In this document: piece after piece, positions 53,076 to 62,724 of the stretch
Position numbering within the stretch: the first letter of the stretch is position 1
Layout: each line of letters opens with the position of its first letter
Source: an uncultured Chloroflexia bacterium
GTDB taxonomy: Bacteria > Chloroflexota > Limnocylindria > Limnocylindrales > CSP1-4
Direction of reading: 5' to 3'
Assembly (NCBI GenBank): GCA_963713975.1
Contig: OY970218.1
Location: 1,408,001-1,472,000 of the forward strand
DNA: 64,000 nt
Program-made: the position numbers and the translations under genes
The notes under the pieces: generated by a model
What the model saw: the letters and a program-made list of their open reading frames with translations, nothing else
What the model was told of the DNA's origin: nothing
The model's database searches: none

Positions 53076-54868
53076 GATCTGGGAGTGCTTCCCTCTCGTG
53101 CGATGGTCGGGGTCCGTTCGTCTGGGCTGCGGCCTGTCGACAAGGGTGCCGGATCGGGGTTCATGACTGGGTCGCCACTTGGTGAAGAATCATCCACCTT
53201 CTCGGCCCTGGGCGTCGCCAGGGTCCTGCCGGCCGGCCCCGCCTCGGGAGCGGCGTCCGGCGGATCGGGCGTGGCGGGCTCCAGGCCCGTGACCTTGCGG
53301 GGGTCGTTGGGCAGCGTGACCACGAACCGGGATCCACGCCCCACGCGGCTCTCCACGGCGATCGTCCCGTGGTGCATGTCCACGATCGACTTGACGATCG
53401 ACAGGCCCAGTCCGGAGCCGGTGCTGCGGGCCTCGTTCAGCTCCGATCCGCGGTAGAAGCGGTCGAAGATCCGGGGCAGCTCCGCCGCGGCGATACCGAC
53501 GCCCGTGTCGACCACCTCGATCCTGGCCCCACCGTCCGCCTCCTCGCGGGCCATCACCCTGACCTCGCCGCCGCGGCCCGTGAACTTGAGGGCGTTGCCC
53601 ACGAGATTGCCGACCACCTGGCCGATGCGCGGCGAATCGTGGCGGATCCGCAGCGGGTGGTCCGGCAGCACCACCGTGAGGCCGATGCCCTTGCGCTCGG
53701 CGCTCGCGAGCTGCTGCTCCACGGCGGACTCGATCGTGCCGCGCACGTCGTCCGGGCGCAGGTCCAGCAGGACCAGCCCCGAGTCCAGCTTGGACAGCTC
53801 CAGCAGGTTCTGGGCGAGCCAGTCCAGGCGGTCGAGCTGTGTCGCAGACGAGTCCAGGAACTCGGCCCTGGCGGCCGGGTCGAGGCCGGCCGGACCCTGC
53901 AGGAGCTCGACGAACGTCCGCATGGCGGCGATGGGCGTCCGGAGCTCGTGGCTGACGTCTGCCAGGAAGTCCCGGCTCCGGTCACGGTCGCGTCGGATGA
54001 TGTCGACGCTCTCCTCGAGGCGGGCCGCCATGGTGTTGAACTGCGTGGACACCGCCCGGAGCTCCAGCGTGCTCGACGAGAGGTCGTCCGTCGCGACACG
54101 TGCGCCAAGGTCGCCATCGGCCACCCGTCGCGAGGCTTCGGTGAGGCGCGTGATCGGCGTCGCGAACCGGTGCGCCAGGAATGCCGCCACGAGGACGGCG
54201 ATCACGAACGCCGCCGCGGCCATGATCATCAGCAGCCCGTTGATGGCGGCGAGGGTGCTCGCGCGGCTCGTGTAGGGGCTGGACAGCTCGACGCGGATCC
54301 CCCAGTCGGCCATGGCATTGGCGCGGCCCGCTTCGGCCGTGACGGGCTTGATGGCCGGGTCGCGAGCCTGGCCGGGCGCCGGCCTGACCGTCGTGGCTGC
54401 GGCGAACGCCAGGGAGGGATCGGGGTCCGGCTCCAGGGTGCCGTCCGTGTCCAGCCGGGCTGGGCCGAACTCGACCCGGACGTCGGCTTCGGCCACGGTG
54501 TTGGCCGCCAGCTGCAGCACCCCGCGCTCGACGAGCAGGCGCTGGACCTCCGGATTGAGCTTCACCTCGCCGGTGGTCCTGTCCCTGGCCACGACGGCCT
54601 TGTCCCCGACGGTGTCCGTGATGAACCGCGCCAGGAGGTCCGCGGTGGCCTGGGAGCGGGCAGCCAGGCGCTGCTCCTCCTGCTGGCGGAAGAAGTCATC
54701 AAGCCGCAGGACGACGACCGGCGCGACGAGGGTCAGCGTCAGCGCCACCACGGCCATGAAGGCGAACGTGAGTCGGGTCTGGAACGATTGCGGGACCGGG
54801 TTGCGACGGCGGGCATCCGGGCCGCGGTGCGGCGACGGGACCGCGTCCGGCGGGCGGACGTCGGCCAT
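53072..54868 (-). CDS. HAMP-domain sensor histidine kinase
   Basis: 2 TM, HAMP, DVSHELRTP, NLVGNALKF, DTGVGI and GSGLGLSI. Confidence 0.95.
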   Translation of the reverse strand: MADVRPPDAVPSPHRGPDARRRNPVPQSFQTRLTFAFMAVVALTLTLVAPVVVLRLDDFFRQQEEQRLAARSQATADLLARFITDTVGDKAVVARDRTTGEVKLNPEVQRLLVERGVLQLAANTVAEADVRVEFGPARLDTDGTLEPDPDPSLAFAAATTVRPAPGQARDPAIKPVTAEAGRANAMADWGIRVELSSPYTSRASTLAAINGLLMIMAAAAFVIAVLVAAFLAHRFATPITRLTEASRRVADGDLGARVATDDLSSSTLELRAVSTQFNTMAARLEESVDIIRRDRDRSRDFLADVSHELRTPIAAMRTFVELLQGPAGLDPAARAEFLDSSATQLDRLDWLAQNLLELSKLDSGLVLLDLRPDDVRGTIESAVEQQLASAERKGIGLTVVLPDHPLRIRHDSPRIGQVVGNLVGNALKFTGRGGEVRVMAREEADGGARIEVVDTGVGIAAAELPRIFDRFYRGSELNEARSTGSGLGLSIVKSIVDMHHGTIAVESRVGRGSRFVVTLPNDPRKVTGLEPATPDPPDAAPEAGPAGRTLATPRAEKVDDSSPSGDPVMNPDPAPLSTGRSPDERTPTIAREGSTPRS

Positions 54869-54869
54869 C

Positions 54870-55568
54870 TCAGCGCTCGGCGAACTGGTAGCCGGCGCCG
54901 CGGACGGTCAGGACGAACTGGGGCAGCGAAGGATCGTCCTCGATCTTGTCCCGCAGGTGGCTGACGTGGACATTGATCGTCTTCTCGTCCTGGTCGAGCG
55001 CCTCGTAGTCGCGCAGGAGCTCCAGGAGCTCGCGGCGGCCGAATACCCGCCCGGGGCGGCTGGCCAGGTGGCGGAGGATCTCGAACTCCGTCGCGGTGAG
55101 GGCGATCCTCCGGTTGCCGCGCTGGACGCGGCGACGCTCCAGGTCGATCACGAGGTCGCCGTGACGGATGACCCGCCCGCCACCGGCGTTCGCGAGATCC
55201 CCATAGGCTCGTCGCAGGAGCGCCCGGATCCGGCTCATCAGCTCGCGCAGCGCGAACGGCTTGGTCACGTAGTCGTCTGCGCCGAGCTCCAGGCCGACCA
55301 CCTTGTCGAACTCGTCGCCGCGGGCGGTGAGGAACAGCACCGGTGCCTTGGAGCCGACAGCGCGCAGCCGCCGGAGGACCTCGAACCCGTCAATGCCGGG
55401 GAGCCGGACGTCGAGCACGATGAGGTCCGGGGCCTGGTTCGTGGCGAAGTCCAGCCCCTCCTCGCCGGAGCGCGCGACCGTCACCTCATAGCCCTCCTGC
55501 TGGAGGGCGTACTGGATGCCTCGCGCAACGGCGAACTCGTCTTCGACGATCAGGATGGTGGCTGCCAC
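54870..55568 (-). CDS. OmpR-family response regulator
   Basis: ILIVEDE, VLDVRLP, GADDYVTKPF and TVRGAGY. Confidence 0.95.
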   Translation of the reverse strand: MAATILIVEDEFAVARGIQYALQQEGYEVTVARSGEEGLDFATNQAPDLIVLDVRLPGIDGFEVLRRLRAVGSKAPVLFLTARGDEFDKVVGLELGADDYVTKPFALRELMSRIRALLRRAYGDLANAGGGRVIRHGDLVIDLERRRVQRGNRRIALTATEFEILRHLASRPGRVFGRRELLELLRDYEALDQDEKTINVHVSHLRDKIEDDPSLPQFVLTVRGAGYQFAER

Positions 55569-55652
55569 GGCGTCGCGATCCTACACCGGGGGCGCGTGCG
55601 GGCGCCTCCGGTGCACCGGCGACGCCCGCGTTGGGGCCCGAGGGACCCCCTG

Positions 55653-55716
55653 TGGTAGCCTCCGCATGACGTCGTGCGGGCGGGAGGCCCGGGACGACGC
55701 GGTCCCGCCCCACGAC
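55653..55716 (+). promoter_or_regulatory. Extended -10 promoter and 5' leader hairpin of rplY
   Basis: TG-G-TAGCCT at 55653-61; stem GTCGTG-C-GGGCGGGA/TCCCGCCC-CACGAC at 55671-55716. Confidence 0.5.
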
Positions 55717-55760
55717 TTGCGAGGGCGTGCGGGCCGCAAACACAGCGAGGAACCACCTGC

Positions 55761-56405
55761 ATGTCCGCCCGACCCCGCCTCGCGGCCGCCAGCCGCACCG
55801 TGACCGGCAAGAAGGTCGCCCGCCTGCGCCGCGATGGCCAGCTGCCCGCCGTCGTCTATGGTCACGGCGCTGTCAGCGAGCCGCTCACCGTGGACGCCCA
55901 CGAGTTCGACCTGCTCCGCCGCCACGTCGGCGCGTCCACGCTCGTGGACCTCGAGGTTGACGGCAGCAAGCCGCGCCCCGTCATCGTGCAGTCGATCCAG
56001 GTCAACCGTGTGACCCGTCGGCCCATCCACGTGGACCTGTTCGCCGTGCGCATGACCGAGGAGCTCACCGTCGAGGTCCAGCTGGTCGGGACCGGCGTCG
56101 CGCCGGCCACCGAGCTGGGTGGCACCTTGGTGCACCCGACGTCGAGCGTGAGGGTCCGCGCCCTGCCGGACAAGCTGCCCGAGACCCTGCAGTACGACCT
56201 CGCCGCGCTGGTGGACTACGACGCCACGATCACCGTGGCCGACCTGCCTGTCCCCGAGGGTGTGACCATCCAGGCCGATCCGGCCGAGGTGATCGCGCGC
56301 GTCCTGGCCCCGCGGGTCGAGGAGGTCGTGGCCGAGGTGCTCGTCCCGGAGGCCGGCGAGGAGGCTCCCGCCGAGGCCGGCACCGACTCCGAACCCGAGG
56401 CCTGA
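55761..56405 (+). CDS. rplY: 50S ribosomal protein L25/Ctc
   Basis: RLRRDGQLPAVVYGHG and IHVDLFAV; long Ctc form with an acidic tail. Confidence 0.95.
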   Translation: MSARPRLAAASRTVTGKKVARLRRDGQLPAVVYGHGAVSEPLTVDAHEFDLLRRHVGASTLVDLEVDGSKPRPVIVQSIQVNRVTRRPIHVDLFAVRMTEELTVEVQLVGTGVAPATELGGTLVHPTSSVRVRALPDKLPETLQYDLAALVDYDATITVADLPVPEGVTIQADPAEVIARVLAPRVEEVVAEVLVPEAGEEAPAEAGTDSEPEA

Positions 56406-56493
56406 GCCTCGGCGGCGCCCTGGCCGCCCGACATGTCCCGACCTCCCGGCGGCCCCGCGGCCGCCGGTCGGGAAGCTGCGCGCGGGTCGGGCC

Positions 56494-57318
56494 TCACGAC
56501 CGGCTCGACCGTCTTCCCGTCGCGTACACGGTCGGGAGTCGCATCCGGAGTCCTTCCGGCGGCAGCGTGCGCAGCCGCTCCATGAGGACCGCCTCTACTG
56601 TCTTGCGTCCGGCCGACCCAAGCGACTCGAACAGGTCCTGGTCGTCGAACTCGGAGACGAAGGCGAGGTAGCCCTCCGGGGTATACCTGTGGTCCAGCAC
56701 ATCTGCGTGGGCCGACACGGACTCGAACCCCGCCCGGCGCAGGAGCGCCACGGCGTCTCCGGGAGATCGCAGCTCGCGCTGGCTGCCGCCCGGCTCACCT
56801 CGAGTCACGCCGGCGCCGGCGAGCACGGCGTCGACGACCTCGTCCGCGGGCATCGAGCCGCCGGGCAGCCAGGTCACGCAGGACAGCGATCCGCCTTCCG
56901 AGAGGACCCGGCGTGCCTCCCTCAGCGCCCGGTGGCGCGATGGGACGAGTTGGAGCACGAACGCGGACAGGACGATATCGAAGCTGCCGTCCGCGAATGG
57001 GAGCTGGTCCGCTCCGCCGGGCGCCAGCGTGACGCGTCGCCGCACCGTGGCCGGGAGCGCGTCCACCTCCCGCTTCGCGAGTGCGAGCATCCCGTGCGAC
57101 AGGTCGACACCGGTCACCTGGGCCCGTGGCCACCGGCCCGCGGCCGCGGCGACGAGCGCACCCGTGCCGCAGCCCACGTCCAGGATCCGCGTCGCGCCGG
57201 CCGCCACCGGCGCCTCGATCTCGTCGAGCAGCGCGAGCGTCGCGGGCCGATGGATCGGCGACCACCAGCGCGAATACCCCTCGGCGATCCGGTCGTAGCG
57301 CGCGCCCTGATCAGTCAC
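56494..57318 (-). CDS. Class I SAM-dependent methyltransferase
   Basis: ILDVGCGTG, GVDLSHGML and LPFADGSFD. Confidence 0.92.
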   Translation of the reverse strand: MTDQGARYDRIAEGYSRWWSPIHRPATLALLDEIEAPVAAGATRILDVGCGTGALVAAAAGRWPRAQVTGVDLSHGMLALAKREVDALPATVRRRVTLAPGGADQLPFADGSFDIVLSAFVLQLVPSRHRALREARRVLSEGGSLSCVTWLPGGSMPADEVVDAVLAGAGVTRGEPGGSQRELRSPGDAVALLRRAGFESVSAHADVLDHRYTPEGYLAFVSEFDDQDLFESLGSAGRKTVEAVLMERLRTLPPEGLRMRLPTVYATGRRSSRS

Positions 57319-57516
57319 CCCGCAATCGTGCCATGTCGGCACCGTCCACCTGGCAGGCAGGCCCCTTCGCAAACGTGCCCTTCGGCCCCCGCGCCCGGTC
57401 CGCGGGCCGCTGGTCGCCGCCAGGCCCAGGGGCAATCCTCAATCGTTGGTGGCACAGGGCTTCGTGCCACGCCGGCCGACGCTGCGGCGCCGCCGTCGCC
57501 CGAAGGGAGCCGACGC

Positions 57517-57918
57517 ATGAAGAAGATCCTCCTCGCGTACGACGGCGGTGAACCGGCCAGGCGCGCCCTGGAGCAGACGATCGAGCTCGCCCGGCGTTGC
57601 CAGGCATCGGTCGGCGTGATCAGCGTCGTTCCGGCCCGGTCCAGCCGCACCCCGGTCGATCCGTGGGACGACCGCACCGTCCATGCGGAGGAGCTCCTGG
57701 AGGCCCGCAGGCTGCTGCGCTCGGCCGGCATCGAGGCGGAGATGCTGGAGCCCGGCGGCGATGTCGCCCGGACCATCGAACGCGTGGCCGATGAGCGCGG
57801 GTACGACACGATCGTGATCGGGGCTCGCGGCGCCGGAGGCGTCACCAGGGCGCTCCGTGGGGGCGTCTCCGAGCACGTGGCGGCGCATGCCCGTGCCACG
57901 GTCGTCATCGCCCGCTGA
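57517..57918 (+). CDS. Universal stress protein
   Basis: MKKILLAYDG and IVIGARG...GGVSEHVAAHA. Confidence 0.92.
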   Translation: MKKILLAYDGGEPARRALEQTIELARRCQASVGVISVVPARSSRTPVDPWDDRTVHAEELLEARRLLRSAGIEAEMLEPGGDVARTIERVADERGYDTIVIGARGAGGVTRALRGGVSEHVAAHARATVVIAR

Positions 57919-58000
57919 TGCCCGTGTCAGCCTTGGCATTTCCCAGGCCCACCTTGCCACCCTGCCCGGGCGGCAGCCATCGTCCCCGGAGGACAGCCCC

Positions 58001-59755
58001 GTGACTCTCGCCGTCCCGGCCACGCCGCTCGGCCACGTCTACAGCCAGTCAGGCCCCGTCCTGGACGCCCTGCGCACCGGGGTGGGCCCTGTGCCAGTGA
58101 CCCTCCGCGGGATGGCCCTGCTTGGTCACCCGTTCCTCAACAAGGACGCCGCCTTCACGGACGACGAGCGGGCTGCCCTTGGCCTCACTGGCCTGCTACC
58201 TCCGAACGTGCTCGACATGGACGCGCAGGTGTCCCTCGAGCTGGAGCACGTCCGCCACAAGCAGGACGACCTCGAGCGGTACATCGGCCTGGCCGCGCTC
58301 CACGACCGCAACGAGACCCTGTTCCATCGCGTGCTGCTGGAGCACCTCGAGGAGCTGCTGCCGATCGTGTACACGCCCACAGTCGGTCGGGCGTGCCAGG
58401 AGTTCAGCCACCTGTATCGCAAGCCGCGCGGCGTCTGGATCACGCCGGACGACGTCGGCCGCATTCCGGACATCCTGCGCCATGCCGCACGCGACGAGAT
58501 CCGGCTGATCGTGGTCACGGACAACGAGCGGATCCTGGGCCTCGGCGACCAGGGTGCCGGTGGGATGCCGATCCCGATCGGCAAGCTGGCCCTCTATTCC
58601 GCCGCCGCCGGGATTCACCCCGGGCTGACCCTGCCCGTCTCGCTGGACGTGGGCACCGACCGTGAGGCGCTCCTGGCCGATCCCCTGTACGCGGGCTGGC
58701 GTCACCAGCGCCTGCGCGGCGCTGCGTATGACGAGGTGGTCGAGGCATTCGTGGCCGGCGTGCGCGAGGTGCATCCGCGGGCCGTCCTCCAGTGGGAGGA
58801 CTTCAAGCAGCACAACGCGATCCGCCTGCTCGAGCGCTACCGCCAGTGGGTCTGCAGCTTCAACGACGACATCCAGGGCACGTCCGCGATCGCCACGGCC
58901 ACGATCCTCGCGGCCCTGCGCGCCTCGGGACGCACGCTTGCCGATGCCCGCATCGTCCTGGCGGGTGCAGGCGCTGCCGGGACCGGCATCGCACGGCTCC
59001 TGCGGCTCGCGATGGTCGAGGATGGCATGGACGCCGCCGCCGCCCATGCCTCCATCGCCGTGCTGGATTCGCGCGGGCTCGTGGTCGAGGGACGGCCCGG
59101 CCTCGACGAGGACAAGTGGGAGGCCGCGCTACCGCGTGACGTCGTCGCCGGCCTCGGCCTGGATCCGGATGGCGCGAGCGACCTGCTGGAGGTCGTCGTC
59201 GCGTTCCGGCCCAACATCCTGCTGGGCACCACGGGGATCGGTGGCGCCTTCGGCGAGGCGACGATCCGCGCGATGGCCAGCACAGCCGGGCAGCCGATCG
59301 TGCTGCCCCTGTCGAACCCCACGGCCAACACCGAGGCCCGCCCCGTGGACATCATGGCCTGGACCGATGACCGGGCGATCGTGGCGACGGGCAGCCCGTT
59401 TCCGCCGCTCGAGGCCGGCGGGATCGCGCGCCGGGTTCCGCAGGCGAACAACGCCTATGTCTTCCCGGGGATCGGCCTGGGCGCCATCGTGTCCGAGGCG
59501 CGGATCCTGCCCGACTCCGCGTTCCTCGTGGCCGCGCGGCGTCTCGCGGACATGACCACGCCGGCCATGCTGGAGCGGGGCGACCTGTTCCCGCCGATCG
59601 GCGACCTGCGTCAGGTTGCGCGCGAGATCGCGATCGCGGTGGTCGGCCACCTCGGCCAGTTGGGCGTGGGCCGCCGGTTCCTGCCCGCCGCCATCCCGGA
59701 TGCCGTGGACGCGGCGATGTGGCGGCCGGAATACGTTCCATACGAGGCCGTCTAG
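58001..59755 (+). CDS. NAD-dependent malic enzyme (SfcA/MaeA type)
   Basis: IVYTPTVG, ERILGLGDQG, QWEDF, FNDDIQGT, GAGAAG and LSNPT. Confidence 0.93.
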   Translation: MTLAVPATPLGHVYSQSGPVLDALRTGVGPVPVTLRGMALLGHPFLNKDAAFTDDERAALGLTGLLPPNVLDMDAQVSLELEHVRHKQDDLERYIGLAALHDRNETLFHRVLLEHLEELLPIVYTPTVGRACQEFSHLYRKPRGVWITPDDVGRIPDILRHAARDEIRLIVVTDNERILGLGDQGAGGMPIPIGKLALYSAAAGIHPGLTLPVSLDVGTDREALLADPLYAGWRHQRLRGAAYDEVVEAFVAGVREVHPRAVLQWEDFKQHNAIRLLERYRQWVCSFNDDIQGTSAIATATILAALRASGRTLADARIVLAGAGAAGTGIARLLRLAMVEDGMDAAAAHASIAVLDSRGLVVEGRPGLDEDKWEAALPRDVVAGLGLDPDGASDLLEVVVAFRPNILLGTTGIGGAFGEATIRAMASTAGQPIVLPLSNPTANTEARPVDIMAWTDDRAIVATGSPFPPLEAGGIARRVPQANNAYVFPGIGLGAIVSEARILPDSAFLVAARRLADMTTPAMLERGDLFPPIGDLRQVAREIAIAVVGHLGQLGVGRRFLPAAIPDAVDAAMWRPEYVPYEAV

Positions 59756-59915
59756 CAGCTGCCGGCATGCCCACCGGTCGATGACCGGTCGCGGAGGACC
59801 GCGCGGGAGCCGCTGAGCGTCGACCCGGCGCGGTCCTGGCGCGCGCAACACGAGCGCGAGTCCGGCCGTCTCGCACCTGGCCGGCCAACCCTCCGGTCCG
59901 CACGGAGACCGCCGC

Positions 59916-61616
59916 ATGACCTCGCTCCTCCGCCGGATCGCGCTGCTTGCGCTTGCCACCGGGATCCTGTTCGACATCCTCGTCCCGGGCAATGCCGCCG
60001 GTCTCAACGCTCCGATCGTCATGGCCGCCCTGCTGGCCGCAGCAGCGCTCGTCGCCGGTCGGGACGGGATCCCGCGCATGGACCCTGCGGACGCCTGGCT
60101 TGCGCCGACAGCGCTGGTCCTGGCGTCCCTGGCCGCGATCCGTGCCGACGGCTGGCTGGTGGCCGTCGACCTGTTGCTCGCTGCGGCTCTCGCCGCCGGG
60201 GCCATCGGGTGCATGGCCGGGGGGAGGGTCACCCGGGGCCTCGTCCCGCGGGTCCTGGAGCTCGCGGTGGGCGTCGTGGCCGTGGCGGGGATCGGAACAC
60301 TGAACCTGCTCACATCCCGGCGCCCGGCACCCGTCGAACCGGAGGTCCCCGGCCGGACGGCGGCCCTGCGGGCCAGGCTCCGCGGAGCCACACCCGTGCT
60401 GCGCGGGCTCTTGATCGCCGTACCGGTGCTCGCCGTGTTCGTCGCCCTGTTCGCTTCTGCCGACGCGGTGTTCGCCCGGATCACGTCGGACGTCCTGGCG
60501 TGGCAGCCGGACATCGACATCGAGGAAGTGGTCACGCGCGCGGTGGTGATCACGATCGTGGCCTGGACGGCGGCCGGCCTCCTGGGCCTCGCCGGCGGGC
60601 TGCTGCCCGCGTACCTGCCGTCGACCACGGAGGACCCCGGTCCCGAACGCGCGCCCGATGCCGAGCCGGCCTCTCCAGTGCCCGGCCGCCTCCCGCCCGC
60701 GCCACCGGCGCCGCGTACCGGTGGCTCATCCGGCGGTCCCGCGGCCGCGACCTGGCCAGCGTCGCACGCGTGGGTCGCCGCCACCCGGCCCGCCGAGGTC
60801 CATGCCCCGCTGCGCCTGGGAACGACCGAGGGAGCCACGATCCTGGTCGTGGTCGACGTCCTGTTCGCCGTCTTCGTGATGCTGCAGCTCGCCTACCTGT
60901 TCGGCGGCACCGACCCGATGGCGATGGCCGGCCTCACCTACGCCGAGTACGCCCGTCGAGGGTTCTTCGAGCTCGTGCTCGTCGCCCTGCTCGCCGGGGG
61001 ACTCGTGGTCACGCTCGATTCCGCCGTGGGGTCACGGTCACGGGGGCAGCTGGCCGGCGCGCTCGTGCTGCTGGCGCTCACGGCCGTGGTGCTGGTCTCC
61101 GCGCTGCTCAGGCTCCGGCTATACCAGTCGATGTACGGCTGGACCGAGCTCCGCCTGGTCGTGCTGATCGCCATCGCGTGGCTCGGGGTGGCGCTCGCGG
61201 TTGCCGCGGCGCTGCTTCTCCTCCGCCGCACCCGCTGGAGCCTGCACGTCCTGGGCATCATGGTCCTGGTCGCGGTCGGGGCGCTGAACGTGATCGGGCC
61301 CCAGGCGTTCGTCACCGGGCGGAACCTGGAGCGCGCGATCGACCCCTCCCTGGTGCCGCCCGGTGGTCGCACCGGTCTCGACACGGACTACCTTGCTCAA
61401 TTCGGTGACGGGGCGGTGGCGCCGATCGTGGATGCGTGGGAGCGGCTCGCCCAGACGGACCGGGACGCCCTCGCCCCGGCGCTCGAATGGCGGGCTGATG
61501 AGCTGCGAACGGACCCCCTCCTGCAGGGCTGGCCGGCCTGGAACCTCACCCGCGAGCGGGCGAGAGCGGCGCTGCGGGGCTGGGAGGCGGCACCCGGTCC
61601 CACCTCCGTCCCGTAG
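59916..61616 (+). CDS. DUF4153/DUF4173-like membrane protein
   Basis: LFASADAVF, TYAEYARRGFFELV and RLRLYQSMYGWTELR. Confidence 0.87.
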   Translation: MTSLLRRIALLALATGILFDILVPGNAAGLNAPIVMAALLAAAALVAGRDGIPRMDPADAWLAPTALVLASLAAIRADGWLVAVDLLLAAALAAGAIGCMAGGRVTRGLVPRVLELAVGVVAVAGIGTLNLLTSRRPAPVEPEVPGRTAALRARLRGATPVLRGLLIAVPVLAVFVALFASADAVFARITSDVLAWQPDIDIEEVVTRAVVITIVAWTAAGLLGLAGGLLPAYLPSTTEDPGPERAPDAEPASPVPGRLPPAPPAPRTGGSSGGPAAATWPASHAWVAATRPAEVHAPLRLGTTEGATILVVVDVLFAVFVMLQLAYLFGGTDPMAMAGLTYAEYARRGFFELVLVALLAGGLVVTLDSAVGSRSRGQLAGALVLLALTAVVLVSALLRLRLYQSMYGWTELRLVVLIAIAWLGVALAVAAALLLLRRTRWSLHVLGIMVLVAVGALNVIGPQAFVTGRNLERAIDPSLVPPGGRTGLDTDYLAQFGDGAVAPIVDAWERLAQTDRDALAPALEWRADELRTDPLLQGWPAWNLTRERARAALRGWEAAPGPTSVP

Positions 61617-61619
61617 CGA

Positions 61620-62612
61620 TCAGCCCTCGCCGCCCCAACCCGCGACCGGGTCGACGGGAGCCGCCTTCGGCATGAACCGGCGGAAGGCCCACCGTGCGAT
61701 GAGGGCCAGGACGAGCAGCAGCAGGATCACCGGGAGCCACACGATCCCGAACCAGATCGTCCCCGACACGATCGTCTGTCCTGCGCCGATGAGGGTGGCC
61801 GTCGCGCCGTCCACGTCGGCCGTGGGATCCCAGCCCTTGGCCGTCTCCTGGACCTGGGCGATCTGCGTGCCGAAGGTGGTGACCAGCGTCCCGTACGTGA
61901 CCTGGTCCTCCAGCTGGGTGCGCTGGCCGTCGAGCTGCTCGATCTGGCCCCGGACGTCGGTGATGCGCGCCTCGACCTCCAGGAGGTCGGAGACCTTGCC
62001 CGTGCCCTTGGCGATGTCCACGAGGACCTGCTCGCTCGCACGGAGGTTCCGGATACGCGCCTCGAGGTCGACGATCTGTCCACCCACCTCGGTCGCCTGC
62101 GTCTCCTCGCCCACGACCTTGGTCGCAAGGCCGCGGAGTGACGTGAGCGCGTCATCCCAGCGTGCGGCGGGGACGCGGTAGGTGATGGTCGCGACGCTTC
62201 GGTCGTCGTCGTTGGTCTCGCGTGACGCACCGACGTAGCCGCCGGTCGCCAGCACGGCTGCCCGGGCCTTGGCCAGCGCGGCCTGGAGATCGTCCACGAC
62301 CAGGTCCAGCGAGCCCGTGTAGACGATCTTGAGGTCGTCACGCGGTGCCGTGAGCGGGTCGCCGTTAGCGTCGACCGGCGGTTGGCCACCGGCAGCCTCG
62401 GCCGCCGGCACCTCGACAGCCGGAGCCGCTGACGCCGCAGCGCTCGACCGGTATTCCGCGGATGACGTCACGTCCGCGCCGCCGTCGGCGCTGTCGCCGA
62501 AGAGCGGGACCGGCGCGCCGGCACTGCCTCCGCAGGCCGCCAGGGCCGATGCGAGGATCAGGACTGGGAGGACGAGGCGGAGCCAGGCGGTCCGCCGCTC
62601 GGGAGTCAACAT
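61620..62612 (-). CDS. DUF4349-like lipoprotein with a C-terminal TM
   Basis: Lipobox LAAC, TYRVP, coiled coil DLEARIRNL...VRGQIE and a C-terminal TM. Confidence 0.87.
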   Translation of the reverse strand: MLTPERRTAWLRLVLPVLILASALAACGGSAGAPVPLFGDSADGGADVTSSAEYRSSAAASAAPAVEVPAAEAAGGQPPVDANGDPLTAPRDDLKIVYTGSLDLVVDDLQAALAKARAAVLATGGYVGASRETNDDDRSVATITYRVPAARWDDALTSLRGLATKVVGEETQATEVGGQIVDLEARIRNLRASEQVLVDIAKGTGKVSDLLEVEARITDVRGQIEQLDGQRTQLEDQVTYGTLVTTFGTQIAQVQETAKGWDPTADVDGATATLIGAGQTIVSGTIWFGIVWLPVILLLLVLALIARWAFRRFMPKAAPVDPVAGWGGEG

Positions 62613-62724
62613 GGTTCCCCACCTCATGGGGGCACGTCAGGCGTGCCCGGTACCGCAGAGGGTTGCGGCACCGGGCGGACGCATTCCGCGGGTGTCGGGT
62701 TCCACGGGGCGGTATGGTGCGGGC

